Numbered from the stretch's first letter, positions 55,566-63,954 are shown. The stretch: 64,000 nucleotides of DNA from Arcticibacter sp. (GCA_021155045.1 JAJNQB010000019.1:198814-262813); one strand, 5' to 3'. The notes: generated by a model from the letters alone, not told the origin. Made by a program: numbers and translations.

Positions 55566-56839
55566 TATTCGTCTGTTTTTAAAACTGCCTTTACCAAGCC
55601 TTTGTAGGCATTTTCAGTCATTACAATTCCTGCATCTACCAAATCGCCAATTGCAAGCGCAATACCACCCAATGACATGATGTTGAGAGAAATGCCAAAA
55701 AGTTTTACCAAAATAAATCCAATTAAAACCGATAAGGGAATAGTGATTATTGCAACGGTTGCACTACGCACATGAAATAGAAATAGCAACACAACAAGTG
55801 CTACTACAATAATTTCTTCAATCAATGCTTCTTTTAAAGTAGCAACAGCAGCTTCAATAAGATTGCTACGGTCGTAGGCGATTTTTATTTTTACCCCCGG
55901 GGGCAATCCTTTTTCTACATCGCCTAATCTATCTTTCACTCGGTCAATCACTTCTTTGGCGTTCTCGCCATATCGGGCAACCACCACACCACCAACTACT
56001 TCCCCCTCACCGTTTTCGTCCACAATTCCTAAACGGATATCGCTGCTCATTTGCACATCGGCAACATCTTTCAGTTTGATGGGAATATTTTTATTGGAGC
56101 CAACAGAAATTTCCTCTATATCCTGTATGCTTTTGATATAACCCAAGCCCCTAATCATGTAACCCATGCGGTTCATTTCATAAATACTCCCTCCCACATC
56201 ACGGTTGTTTGCTTTTAAGGCGTTTGCCACATCCATGGCAGAAACATTGTAATAAATCAGTTTGTTAGGATTTATACTGACTTGATACTGCTTTTGAAAA
56301 CCACCGAAGGATGCCACTTCACTAACCCCTTCCACATTTTGCAGGGCAAATTTTACGTACCAGTCCTGCACGGCTCGTAATTCACCTAAATCGTAGCCAT
56401 CACCCTGAAGGGTATACCAAAACACGTGCCCTACGCCTGTTCCATCCGGACCCAATGAAGGCGTTACACCCTGTGGTAATGCCTGTTGTGCAAAATTCAA
56501 TCGCTCTAAAACACGAGTTCTTGCCCAATATATTTCCGCATCGTCATTAAAAATGACGAAGATGAAACTCATGCCGAACATAGACGCTGCACGAATGGCT
56601 TTTACATTGGGAATACCTTGTAAATTGGAAACCAAAGGATAGGTAATTTGGTCTTCCATGATTTGCGGATTACGCCCCATCCATTCGGTATAAACGATTA
56701 CCTGATTTTCGGAAAGGTCAGGGATAGCATCAACGGGAGTGGTCATTACTGACCAAACGCCACCCACCACAATCAGCAAAATGCCAATCCAAACAAAGAA
56801 ACGATTGTGTATTGACCATGAAATTATTTTTTCTATCAT
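55565..56839 (-). CDS. cusA: Heavy-metal efflux RND pump, CusA/CzcA family, N-terminal 424-aa piece
   Basis: Typical MIEKIISWSIHNRF... N-terminus, first periplasmic loop, and TM helices up to ...GDLVDAGIVMTENAYK. Its TAA stop overlaps the ATG of the next piece (TAATG). Confidence 0.9.
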   Translation of the reverse strand: MIEKIISWSIHNRFFVWIGILLIVVGGVWSVMTTPVDAIPDLSENQVIVYTEWMGRNPQIMEDQITYPLVSNLQGIPNVKAIRAASMFGMSFIFVIFNDDAEIYWARTRVLERLNFAQQALPQGVTPSLGPDGTGVGHVFWYTLQGDGYDLGELRAVQDWYVKFALQNVEGVSEVASFGGFQKQYQVSINPNKLIYYNVSAMDVANALKANNRDVGGSIYEMNRMGYMIRGLGYIKSIQDIEEISVGSNKNIPIKLKDVADVQMSSDIRLGIVDENGEGEVVGGVVVARYGENAKEVIDRVKDRLGDVEKGLPPGVKIKIAYDRSNLIEAAVATLKEALIEEIIVVALVVLLFLFHVRSATVAIITIPLSVLIGFILVKLFGISLNIMSLGGIALAIGDLVDAGIVMTENAYKGLVKAVLKTDE

Positions 56840-57126
56840 TTGAAGTTGTTTGTTTTAAAAAACATTCGTTGCACACATACACAAGCCCAATTTTCAGAAT
56901 TAATGGAATAGAATGTTTTTCTATTCATATTTTCTCTCCTTAGTAAGCCTGCTCTTTTCATGATACCAAGATGTCTTGAAGCTATTGGTTGTCCTATATT
57001 AAGTTCTTGGTATATGCTTTTTACTTCCATCCTATTTTGCTTACAATTCAAAAGCATATTAAAAATGGCAATCCTTTCAGGATGTCCAATTGATTTAAGC
57101 ACTTCTGCAAGTTCACGATAATCCAA
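56836..57126 (-). CDS. ArsR/SmtB family metalloregulatory transcription factor
   Basis: 96 aa with a TTG start. Winged HTH (LKSIGHPERIAIFNML...IGQPIASRHLGIMKRAGLL) and a C-terminal CVCV cysteine pair. ATGA overlap with the pump gene. Confidence 0.85.
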   Translation of the reverse strand: MDYRELAEVLKSIGHPERIAIFNMLLNCKQNRMEVKSIYQELNIGQPIASRHLGIMKRAGLLRRENMNRKTFYSINSENWACVCVQRMFFKTNNFK

Positions 57127-57149
57127 TTTATTTTTGTTTTTTCATTACT

Positions 57150-57171
57150 AGTATGTAAATATCTGAATACT
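57150..57171. promoter_or_regulatory. Imperfect palindrome, candidate ArsR-family operator
   Basis: AGTATGTAAATATCTGAATACT matches its own reverse complement at 16 of 22 positions, and the outer AGTAT/ATACT arms are perfect. It contains TATTCAGAT as in SmtB/CzrA-type operators. It lies 24-45 nt upstream of the arsR start, next to a TAATTTTA -7-like box (57172-57179, minus strand). Confidence 0.35.
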
Positions 57172-57572
57172 TAAAATTACTGGAAATGACATTCATCATA
57201 TTAGCAAATAATAGATATCACAAAGAGTGGAAAATTGGCTCTTTTGACTTTGCGCTTGTGTCGGCTTGTATGTGTAAGCTGTTTATTAAAACTGAAAAAT
57301 GAGTTGTTCTTCTTCAGGTGAGACGCTTTGTTTTATCGAACGTAGCGGGATAACGTAAGCCAATTCTAATTTTTTACAAAGAAAAATAAATCTCAAAAAA
57401 CAAAGCTCTTAAAACGCAAAAAAACAATTCTTTTTTTCATTAGAATCGTTTTTTTATGAATTAATTTTATTTTTTGAGGGTTGTGCAACAGCTACTACTG
57501 TTAGGCGTAGTTATTTGTCATCCGAATTGTCAATGGTGATGACCAGCCTATTTTTCTCATGTCGTACCTTAA

Positions 57573-57740
57573 CCTTTTGTCCTTGTTTTTTTTCAGTCCG
57601 ATTTGGCAAGAGCGTGTAATAAAGACCGTCAAGCTATTGAAAAGCTTGAAAACGGAAAAGTCAACCCAACACTTTATACCTTGCTTGAAATTGCAAATGC
57701 TTTGGAAATTTCTCTGTCAAAGTTGGTTGATTTGTCTTAA
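57573..57740 (+). pseudogene. 5'-truncated remnant of an XRE-family (HTH_3) regulator gene
   Basis: The frame opening after the TAA at 57570 reads ...FQSDLARACNKDRQAIEKLENGKVNPTLYTLLEIANALEISLSKLVDLS*. That is helices 2-5 of an HTH_3 domain. There is no start codon and no helix 1. Confidence 0.6.
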
Positions 57741-57746
57741 AATACA

Positions 57747-58133
57747 TTACGTTGGAAAACTTGTGTAATAATCCTTAATTGCATTGTCAAAGTCTTTTGA
57801 ACTTAATTCAATGCCCTTTGAGTCTTTTCTATTAGTTATTCTATTAAGTACTTTAAGAATTAGGTCATCAGGTTTATTTATAGAGTATTTGAAACGTTCA
57901 ACAAAGCTCATGTGTTTATGAAGTCTGTTAGAAATAATTCCAAAGCGTCCATGTTCAATAATTTCAACTACACCTATGGATTCTAATTTCAGAATCGATT
58001 CAATGAATTCGTTATATGTAGGATAAGAGCGGTCGACTGCGTCCCAATATGCCATAATACGGCTTAATTCAGTACCCTTTCTTGATATTGCTTTAATATT
58101 TATTCTGTCGATATGACTAAATTCCATTTTCAT
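57747..58133 (-). CDS. Hypothetical cytoplasmic protein (cassette gene 3)
   Basis: 128 aa with no TM helix. Its ATG directly abuts the stop of the upstream gene (TAAATG). No family recognised. Confidence 0.5.
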   Translation of the reverse strand: MKMEFSHIDRINIKAISRKGTELSRIMAYWDAVDRSYPTYNEFIESILKLESIGVVEIIEHGRFGIISNRLHKHMSFVERFKYSINKPDDLILKVLNRITNRKDSKGIELSSKDFDNAIKDYYTSFPT

Positions 58134-58508
58134 TTAGTCTAAGTGCATGAATTGAATTCTGTAGAATAGCTCAACAAAACCAGCAATGAGATTTGTCAGT
58201 AGTCCCACAAAAATAACTGTCCTGAAAGTGAAATCTCGAATTGCAATTTTTTTATCTGATAAGCCGTCTACCTTTTTCGTCAGCCGAAATACATAAATAT
58301 ATACAGCGGTGTAGGCGATATTAATAAAAATGCCTAATGTGATAATTAACTCCAGATAATATCGAAAAGCTACATGAGATCCCAACGGTTTGATTATTTG
58401 AATCGCAAAAAGCACAATAAGACCGCTGGCAAGCATTAGGAAGTTAAAGAAAAGTCTACGAAGTTCCCACCAAATTAAATCTGTCGAAAAAGTAGTTCTT
58501 GTCTCCAT
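58134..58508 (-). CDS. Hypothetical 3-TM membrane protein (cassette gene 2)
   Basis: About 124 aa from the ATG at 58508, which is 1 nt after the upstream stop. Three hydrophobic helices. No family recognised. Confidence 0.5.
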   Translation of the reverse strand: METRTTFSTDLIWWELRRLFFNFLMLASGLIVLFAIQIIKPLGSHVAFRYYLELIITLGIFINIAYTAVYIYVFRLTKKVDGLSDKKIAIRDFTFRTVIFVGLLTNLIAGFVELFYRIQFMHLD

Positions 58509-58509
58509 G

Positions 58510-58911
58510 TTAAGAATTATGTTGCGGATCACTGCAAATACATGGCGATTGATCACAAGCGCCACAGTTTACAGTGTTTGTGTTTTCGTATGTATCTGCT
58601 TTAGCCTTAGAGAGAAATCTTTCAGACTCTTTGTACTCTTCAATTTCCTGTCTTACTCTTTCATTCTCCACAATATAGTCGTACTTAAATTTAAGGGAAT
58701 GATATATTGTCTTAATCAAGTCATTGTCATCAAGAAAAGTCAACAACTTTTGAAATTCCTCTAAATTATTAGTGAATTGAAAGTTGGTTTTTATCCAGTC
58801 AATGTTTCCTTGATATTTTGTGTCCAATTTCTCATCAGAAAACAATTCTTCCATAAGTTGAATAATCAACTTTATTTTTTCTTCAATATCCTTATTTTGT
58901 CTGTCGTCCAT
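58510..58911 (-). CDS. Hypothetical acidic helical protein with C-terminal Cys cluster (cassette gene 1)
   Basis: 133 aa, predicted all-helical and E/D/K-rich. It ends in NCGACDQSPCICSDPQHNS. No family recognised. Confidence 0.5.
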   Translation of the reverse strand: MDDRQNKDIEEKIKLIIQLMEELFSDEKLDTKYQGNIDWIKTNFQFTNNLEEFQKLLTFLDDNDLIKTIYHSLKFKYDYIVENERVRQEIEEYKESERFLSKAKADTYENTNTVNCGACDQSPCICSDPQHNS

Positions 58912-59035
58912 GATAATTACCCTAATGTTTAGCTAAAAGCAGCTTTAATTGCGTTTAGCGGTTGTTAAAACCATTTAGTAAAGTTATTTCAAAAAAAGCA
59001 TAATGTCAATAAAATAAAGATTATGGGTTATAAAA

Positions 59036-59329
59036 TTATTTGTTTTCCGATCCTTTAAGCTTAAATGTTTTATTGAATATAAATTGAAAAAATAATGTAA
59101 AAAAAAGAGAAAAACCAATATTTCCTAAAAATCCAACTATGCTAGATTTATCTGTAGCCAGAGAAGAAGCGTCAATAATTCCAGTATTAATTAATCGTAT
59201 TACAAAAATAGAGATAGGTAATAAAATTATGACAGATCCTGAAATTATGTATGTAAAAAACAATTTTTTTAATCCAGCTTTTTTGAAAAGCCAACTAATA
59301 AAAAGAGGTATCAAAATACTGAATATCAT
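59036..59329 (-). CDS. Hypothetical small membrane protein
   Basis: 97 aa with three hydrophobic segments. Isolated ORF; coding status not certain. Confidence 0.4.
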   Translation of the reverse strand: MIFSILIPLFISWLFKKAGLKKLFFTYIISGSVIILLPISIFVIRLINTGIIDASSLATDKSSIVGFLGNIGFSLFFTLFFQFIFNKTFKLKGSENK

Positions 59330-59399
59330 TAAGTAAAGATTATTAATAAAAATAATAAAATCAAATATTTGTTACCTTTACACCTGAATAAAAAACATT

Positions 59400-60557
59400 A
59401 TGGCAGAAACAACAACATTAGGTTTTGGAACCAAAGCAATACATGCAGGTCAGGAGCCTGACCCAAGTACAGGAGCTGTTATGACTCCCATTTATCAAAC
59501 ATCTACTTATTGGCAAGAAAGCCCCGGTAATCATAAAGGTTATGCCTATGCACGTGGAAAAAATCCTACACGTACTGCATTAGAAAAATGTTTGGCAGAA
59601 TTAGAAGGTGCAAAATATGCTTTGTGTTTTAGTAGCGGAATGGGCGCAATTGATGCGGTTATGAAATTGCTTCGCCCCGGTGATGAAGTTATTACTGGCG
59701 ATGATTTGTATGGCGGTAGCTACCGAATGTTTACAAAAGTGTTTGCTCCTTTTGGTATTAAATTTCATTTCATTGATATGAAAGATGCAAACAACATTAA
59801 AAATTATATCAATACAAATACAAAAATGATTTGGTTGGAAACCCCTACCAATCCTACCATGCAAATTATTGATATTGAAGCATGTTCAAAAATTGCAAAA
59901 GAAAATAAATTGATTTGTGCTGTGGATAATACATTTGCTTCGCCTTATTTACAAAATCCTCTTTCCTTAGGTGCTGATATTGTTATGCATTCAGCAACAA
60001 AATATCTTGGTGGACACAGCGATGTTATTATGGGTGCTTTGTGTTTGAGTAACGATAGTTTATATACACAATTAGCATTTATACACAACAGTTGTGGTGC
60101 TACACCTGGTCCGATGGATAGTTTTTTAGTGTTGCGTGGCTTAAAAACATTGCACATTCGTATGGAACGCCATTGTGCCAACGGAAAAAAAATAGCAGCA
60201 TTTTTAAAAACTCATCCTAAAGTGGATAATCTTTATTGGCCCGGATTTACTGACCATCCCAACCATAGCATAGCAAAAAAACAAATGCGTGATTTTGGTG
60301 GAATGATTTCATTTTCACTAAAAGGAAACAAGCAAGAAGACGCTTTTAAAATTGCATCAAGCATGAAAGTATTTACACTTGCTGAATCATTAGGTGGTGT
60401 AGAATCATTAATCAATCATCCAGCAACCATGACGCATGCTTCTATTCCCAAAGAAGAGCGTGACAAAGCAGGAGTTGTGGAATCGCTTTTACGATTAAGT
60501 GTAGGTATTGAAGATATTGACGATTTAATCGCAGATTTAAAACAGGCGTTGGGTTAG
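59400..60557 (+). CDS. Trans-sulfuration PLP enzyme (cystathionine gamma-synthase / beta- or gamma-lyase family)
   Basis: 385 aa. PLP-lysine context HSATKYLGGHSD and C-terminal LRLSVGIEDIDDLIADL. Confidence 0.93.
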   Translation: MAETTTLGFGTKAIHAGQEPDPSTGAVMTPIYQTSTYWQESPGNHKGYAYARGKNPTRTALEKCLAELEGAKYALCFSSGMGAIDAVMKLLRPGDEVITGDDLYGGSYRMFTKVFAPFGIKFHFIDMKDANNIKNYINTNTKMIWLETPTNPTMQIIDIEACSKIAKENKLICAVDNTFASPYLQNPLSLGADIVMHSATKYLGGHSDVIMGALCLSNDSLYTQLAFIHNSCGATPGPMDSFLVLRGLKTLHIRMERHCANGKKIAAFLKTHPKVDNLYWPGFTDHPNHSIAKKQMRDFGGMISFSLKGNKQEDAFKIASSMKVFTLAESLGGVESLINHPATMTHASIPKEERDKAGVVESLLRLSVGIEDIDDLIADLKQALG

Positions 60558-60854
60558 TTCATTGGTTTACTGGTTCATTGGCTCACTTGTTTTATTGTCT
60601 ATTACAAAGGGCTTTTGGATTTACTCCCTTTAATCTTTATAAATCTTAACCATCATAAAAATCTGTGTGCCATTTTTTGACTTTTGACTTTTTTTACCAC
60701 TAAGACACGAAGAATACTAAGAACTTTTGATTTTACTTCTTTTCTCTTGTATCTTTTGTCAATTGCCAACTGATTTAACAGCACGAAAGAGCCAAAAAAG
60801 TTCTTGCTTTCTTTTTTTTATTGTCTTATCTTTATATAAATCAAAATTTTAGAT

Positions 60855-61598
60855 TTGAATTATTATTACATAACAGGTACAAGTAGAGGTATTGGAAAAG
60901 CATTTGCAGAACATTTGTTGGCGAATCCAAGCAATTATGTTGTTGGTATATCTCGTCAAAAAACCATTGAACACGCCAACTATCATCACCTTTATTTGGA
61001 TTTAACAGATGTAACGGCTGTGAGTAATTTTAGATTTGAATTACATGCCAAAGCAAAAAAAATATATTTGATAAATAATGCTGGAGCTATTGGTTTTATA
61101 AAGCCAATCGGGAAAATTGAATCGGATACAATTATAAAAAATTATAATCTCAATTTAATTGCTCCAACTATTTTGGTGAATGAATTTATCAAATGTTATG
61201 ATAGTGTTGATGCTGAAAAAGTAATTGTAAATATTAGTTCTGGTGCAGGAAGAAAACCCGTTGATGGTTGGGCTGTTTATTGTGCTTCTAAATCAGGCTT
61301 GGATATGATGAGTAGAGTAGTGGACATGGAACAAAAAGTGAGAGCATCGCATCCACAAGAAAGTATTCATGCTGGATTCAAAATATTTTCAATTGCTCCT
61401 GGAGTGGTTGATACTGAAATGCAAATGGAAATAAGAAGTGCTTCCAAAGAAGATTTTAGCAGATTAGAAGATTTTATTTCTTTTAAAGCAAAAAACCAAC
61501 TAAGTGATACAAAAACAGTTTCTGAAAAATATGTTAAACTTTTAAATAATTTGAATACTATCAAAGATGTATTATCTTCGATAAGCGATTACGATTAA
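60855..61598 (+). CDS. Short-chain dehydrogenase/reductase (SDR)
   Basis: 247 aa with a TTG start; there is no in-frame ATG after the upstream stop. Contains ITGTSRGIG, NNAG and YCASK. Confidence 0.85.
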   Translation: MNYYYITGTSRGIGKAFAEHLLANPSNYVVGISRQKTIEHANYHHLYLDLTDVTAVSNFRFELHAKAKKIYLINNAGAIGFIKPIGKIESDTIIKNYNLNLIAPTILVNEFIKCYDSVDAEKVIVNISSGAGRKPVDGWAVYCASKSGLDMMSRVVDMEQKVRASHPQESIHAGFKIFSIAPGVVDTEMQMEIRSASKEDFSRLEDFISFKAKNQLSDTKTVSEKYVKLLNNLNTIKDVLSSISDYD

Positions 61599-61649
61599 AA
61601 TTAATTCTCTCTAAACTAAATTTTATAATAACCCAAAATGCTATTAAAA

Positions 61650-63758
61650 ATGAAAACACTTACAAAAATTATTATTGCCATAGCCTTTGTTTTTGCAAAC
61701 CTTCAGTTTGTTAAGGCTCAAGAGCTAAAATATTGTGGAACTACAGAAGCCATGCAAAAATATTTTAATGAAAATCCTGCTTTATATCAACAATATTTAC
61801 AAAATGAAGCCGATTTAAAAATAGAAGACCAAAAAGCTTTTGCTGACGGATATAAAGAAAACAATAAAAGCGCAATGCCTCCGATTTATATTATTCCTGT
61901 GGTGTTTCACATATTGCATGAATACGGAACAGAAAATATTTCTGATGCTCAAGTACTAGATGCAATGAGGATTTTAAATGAGGACTATAGAAAAACAAAT
62001 GCAGATTTTGCAAATACGGTAAGTTTTACTGGTATTGCAGCAGATTCTGAAATTGAATTTAGATTGGCTAAAAAAGACCCGAATGGAATTTGTACAAATG
62101 GTATCGACAGAATTTATTCATCGGAAACAAATGTTGGTGATGACGGTTCTAAATTAAATTATTGGCCCCGAAACAAATATTTGAATATTTGGGTTGTTAA
62201 AACAATTGCAAGCGGTGCAGCGGGTTATGCTTATTTGCCTGGTACTACTGCTGCTGTAAATGATGGTATTATGATATTATCAAGTTACATTGGCTCAATT
62301 GGAACTGGTTCTCTTCAACGTTCACACGCACTTACACATGAAGTAGGGCATTGGTTAAACTTAAATCATACTTGGGGTACATCAAATAATCCAGGCTTAT
62401 CCACAAATTGTAGTGGCGATGATGGCGTAACAGACACTCCAAACACTATCGGTTGGACATCATGTAATTTAACAGGCACATCTTGTAGCTCTTTAGATAA
62501 TGTTCAAAATTTTATGGAATATTCATATTGTTCTACTATGTACACTACTGGTCAAAAAACACGTATGCGAAGTGCTTTAACTACCACAGGAGGATTAGTT
62601 GGAACAGCACAACGTTATAATTTATGGACAACAGCTAATTTAACGGCTACGGGAGTTTCAACTCCAGCCGTTTTATGCCAAGCAGACTTTACAACCAATT
62701 CATCAAACAATATTATTTGTGCGGGCGATAGTATCACATTTGATGATACATCTTGGAATGGGAATCCCACTTCTTGGAGTTGGACTTTTGTGGGAGGCAC
62801 ACCAAGTTCTTCAACAGATTCAACACCAACTATCACATATTACGCCCCAGGAGTTTATAATGTTTCTTTAACTGCAACAAATGCTTCGGGTTCTGTAAGC
62901 ACAACAAAATTAGCTTACATAACAGTTAATTCGGATACTGCTATGTATTCGGGAAGCACATTTGCCGAAAGTTTTGAAGGTGCTGCAATTCCAAATGCCG
63001 ACTGGAAAGTATTAAATATTAATTCTGGAACAAATACATGGGTACAAACCACGGCAGCAGCTTCACTAGGAAGTAAAAGTGTTAGAATTTTAAACACCGC
63101 TGCTATGTCAAATCAAGTGGATGAGTTAATCAGTCCTTCTGTTGATATGACACAAATTGTAGGAACCACACCTACTATGACGTTTAAAGTTGCAAATGCG
63201 CAACGTACTTCTACAGATTCAGATAAATTACAGGTTTATGTTTCTACTACTTGCGGTAAAACATGGGCATTAAGAAAAACAATTTCAGGAACTACTTTAG
63301 CCTCAGGAGGTATAACCACCTCTTCGTATGTTCCTGCAGCAGCTCATTGGACATTGCAAAATGTAAACATGTCGAGCTATGCAACTCAAACTAATTTGTA
63401 CATCATGTTCCGATTTACTAGTGGTGGTGGGAACAACGTTTATATAGATGAAATTAATTTATCAGGTACTGTAGTAGGCATTGATGAGGATTATATTAGC
63501 AATCTGAATTTCAATATTTATCCAAATCCAGCTACCGAAAATACTGTTGTTTCTTTTGAATTAACAGAAAAACAAAGAGTGGAAGTAAGTGTGTATGATG
63601 TGGTAGGAAAAGAAATTTCTACAGTAGTGAGCAAAGACCTTGCTGTAGGAGAATATAAATATGAAATAAATAAAAATGCAGCACTTGCTCCAGGGATTTA
63701 TTTTGTTAAGCTTACAGCAGGAGCACATAGCATAACTAAAAAATTAATTATCGAATAA
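61650..63758 (+). CDS. M43 (pappalysin/cytophagalysin-like) zinc metalloprotease with PKD domain and T9SS C-terminal sorting domain
   Basis: Signal peptide from the ATG at 61650. HEVGHWLNLNHTWG zinc site, a PKD-like segment (ITFDDTS...VYNVSLTATNASG) and C-terminal IYPNPA...GIYFVKL. Confidence 0.85.
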   Translation: MKTLTKIIIAIAFVFANLQFVKAQELKYCGTTEAMQKYFNENPALYQQYLQNEADLKIEDQKAFADGYKENNKSAMPPIYIIPVVFHILHEYGTENISDAQVLDAMRILNEDYRKTNADFANTVSFTGIAADSEIEFRLAKKDPNGICTNGIDRIYSSETNVGDDGSKLNYWPRNKYLNIWVVKTIASGAAGYAYLPGTTAAVNDGIMILSSYIGSIGTGSLQRSHALTHEVGHWLNLNHTWGTSNNPGLSTNCSGDDGVTDTPNTIGWTSCNLTGTSCSSLDNVQNFMEYSYCSTMYTTGQKTRMRSALTTTGGLVGTAQRYNLWTTANLTATGVSTPAVLCQADFTTNSSNNIICAGDSITFDDTSWNGNPTSWSWTFVGGTPSSSTDSTPTITYYAPGVYNVSLTATNASGSVSTTKLAYITVNSDTAMYSGSTFAESFEGAAIPNADWKVLNINSGTNTWVQTTAAASLGSKSVRILNTAAMSNQVDELISPSVDMTQIVGTTPTMTFKVANAQRTSTDSDKLQVYVSTTCGKTWALRKTISGTTLASGGITTSSYVPAAAHWTLQNVNMSSYATQTNLYIMFRFTSGGGNNVYIDEINLSGTVVGIDEDYISNLNFNIYPNPATENTVVSFELTEKQRVEVSVYDVVGKEISTVVSKDLAVGEYKYEINKNAALAPGIYFVKLTAGAHSITKKLIIE

Positions 63759-63777
63759 ATATTTTTTAAAAAACATA

Positions 63778-63815
63778 AGAGCAGTGAGTGTTTAATTCTC
63801 ACTGCTCTTTTTATT
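63778..63815 (+). terminator. Rho-independent terminator after the M43 protease gene
   Basis: Stem agagcagtgag / ctcactgctct with a 9-nt loop, followed by TTTTATTTT. Confidence 0.75.
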
Positions 63816-63954
63816 TTATACCATTACTTAGGACAAATTAGTCCAAAGGATAATTTGCTCCTTAGTAATGTAAATGCCGATACTAACAAATAAGGAATGG
63901 TTTATTGGGTATATTTGTGTTGTTGATATAAGTTTGTAGTGTTATTTATAAAGA

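Noticed and set aside
53329-56141. Cluster of 60-85-aa plus-strand ORFs across tolC and the two cusA pieces.
   Set aside because: They are antisense to clear efflux genes. Their abundance is explained by the higher GC of this block, which gives fewer stop codons. They are not separate genes.
57186-57302. 38-aa ORF (MTFIILANNRYHKEWKIGSFDFALVSACMCKLFIKTEK) divergent from arsR.
   Set aside because: It is too short, has no recognisable motif or promoter box, and lies in a probable scar region. It cannot be supported from sequence alone.
49852-57572. Calling the GC-rich efflux block a mobile element.
   Set aside because: I found no integrase, transposase, relaxase, tRNA target or flanking direct repeats in the window; the only shared string is an 8-mer, tgtaagct. 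It is reported only as a compositional island.
57559-57768. 69-aa ORF from the track as a real gene.
   Set aside because: Another frame of the same DNA encodes an unmistakable XRE HTH C-terminal segment. The 69-aa reading is out of frame and has no recognisable features.
58510-58911. RiPP precursor idea: a long leader plus a Cys-rich C-terminal core.
   Set aside because: No modifying enzyme (radical SAM, YcaO, lanthipeptide synthetase), protease or ABC exporter is nearby. The 110-aa helical part looks like a folded domain rather than a leader.
60558-60854. 297-nt spacer after the trans-sulfuration gene, with short direct repeats (GTTCATTGG x2, TTGACTTTTGACTTTTT), as a riboswitch or mobile remnant.
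   Set aside because: I could not draw a conserved riboswitch fold. The repeats are very short and there are no ORF remnants. This is most likely ordinary AT-rich intergenic DNA with a promoter for the SDR gene.
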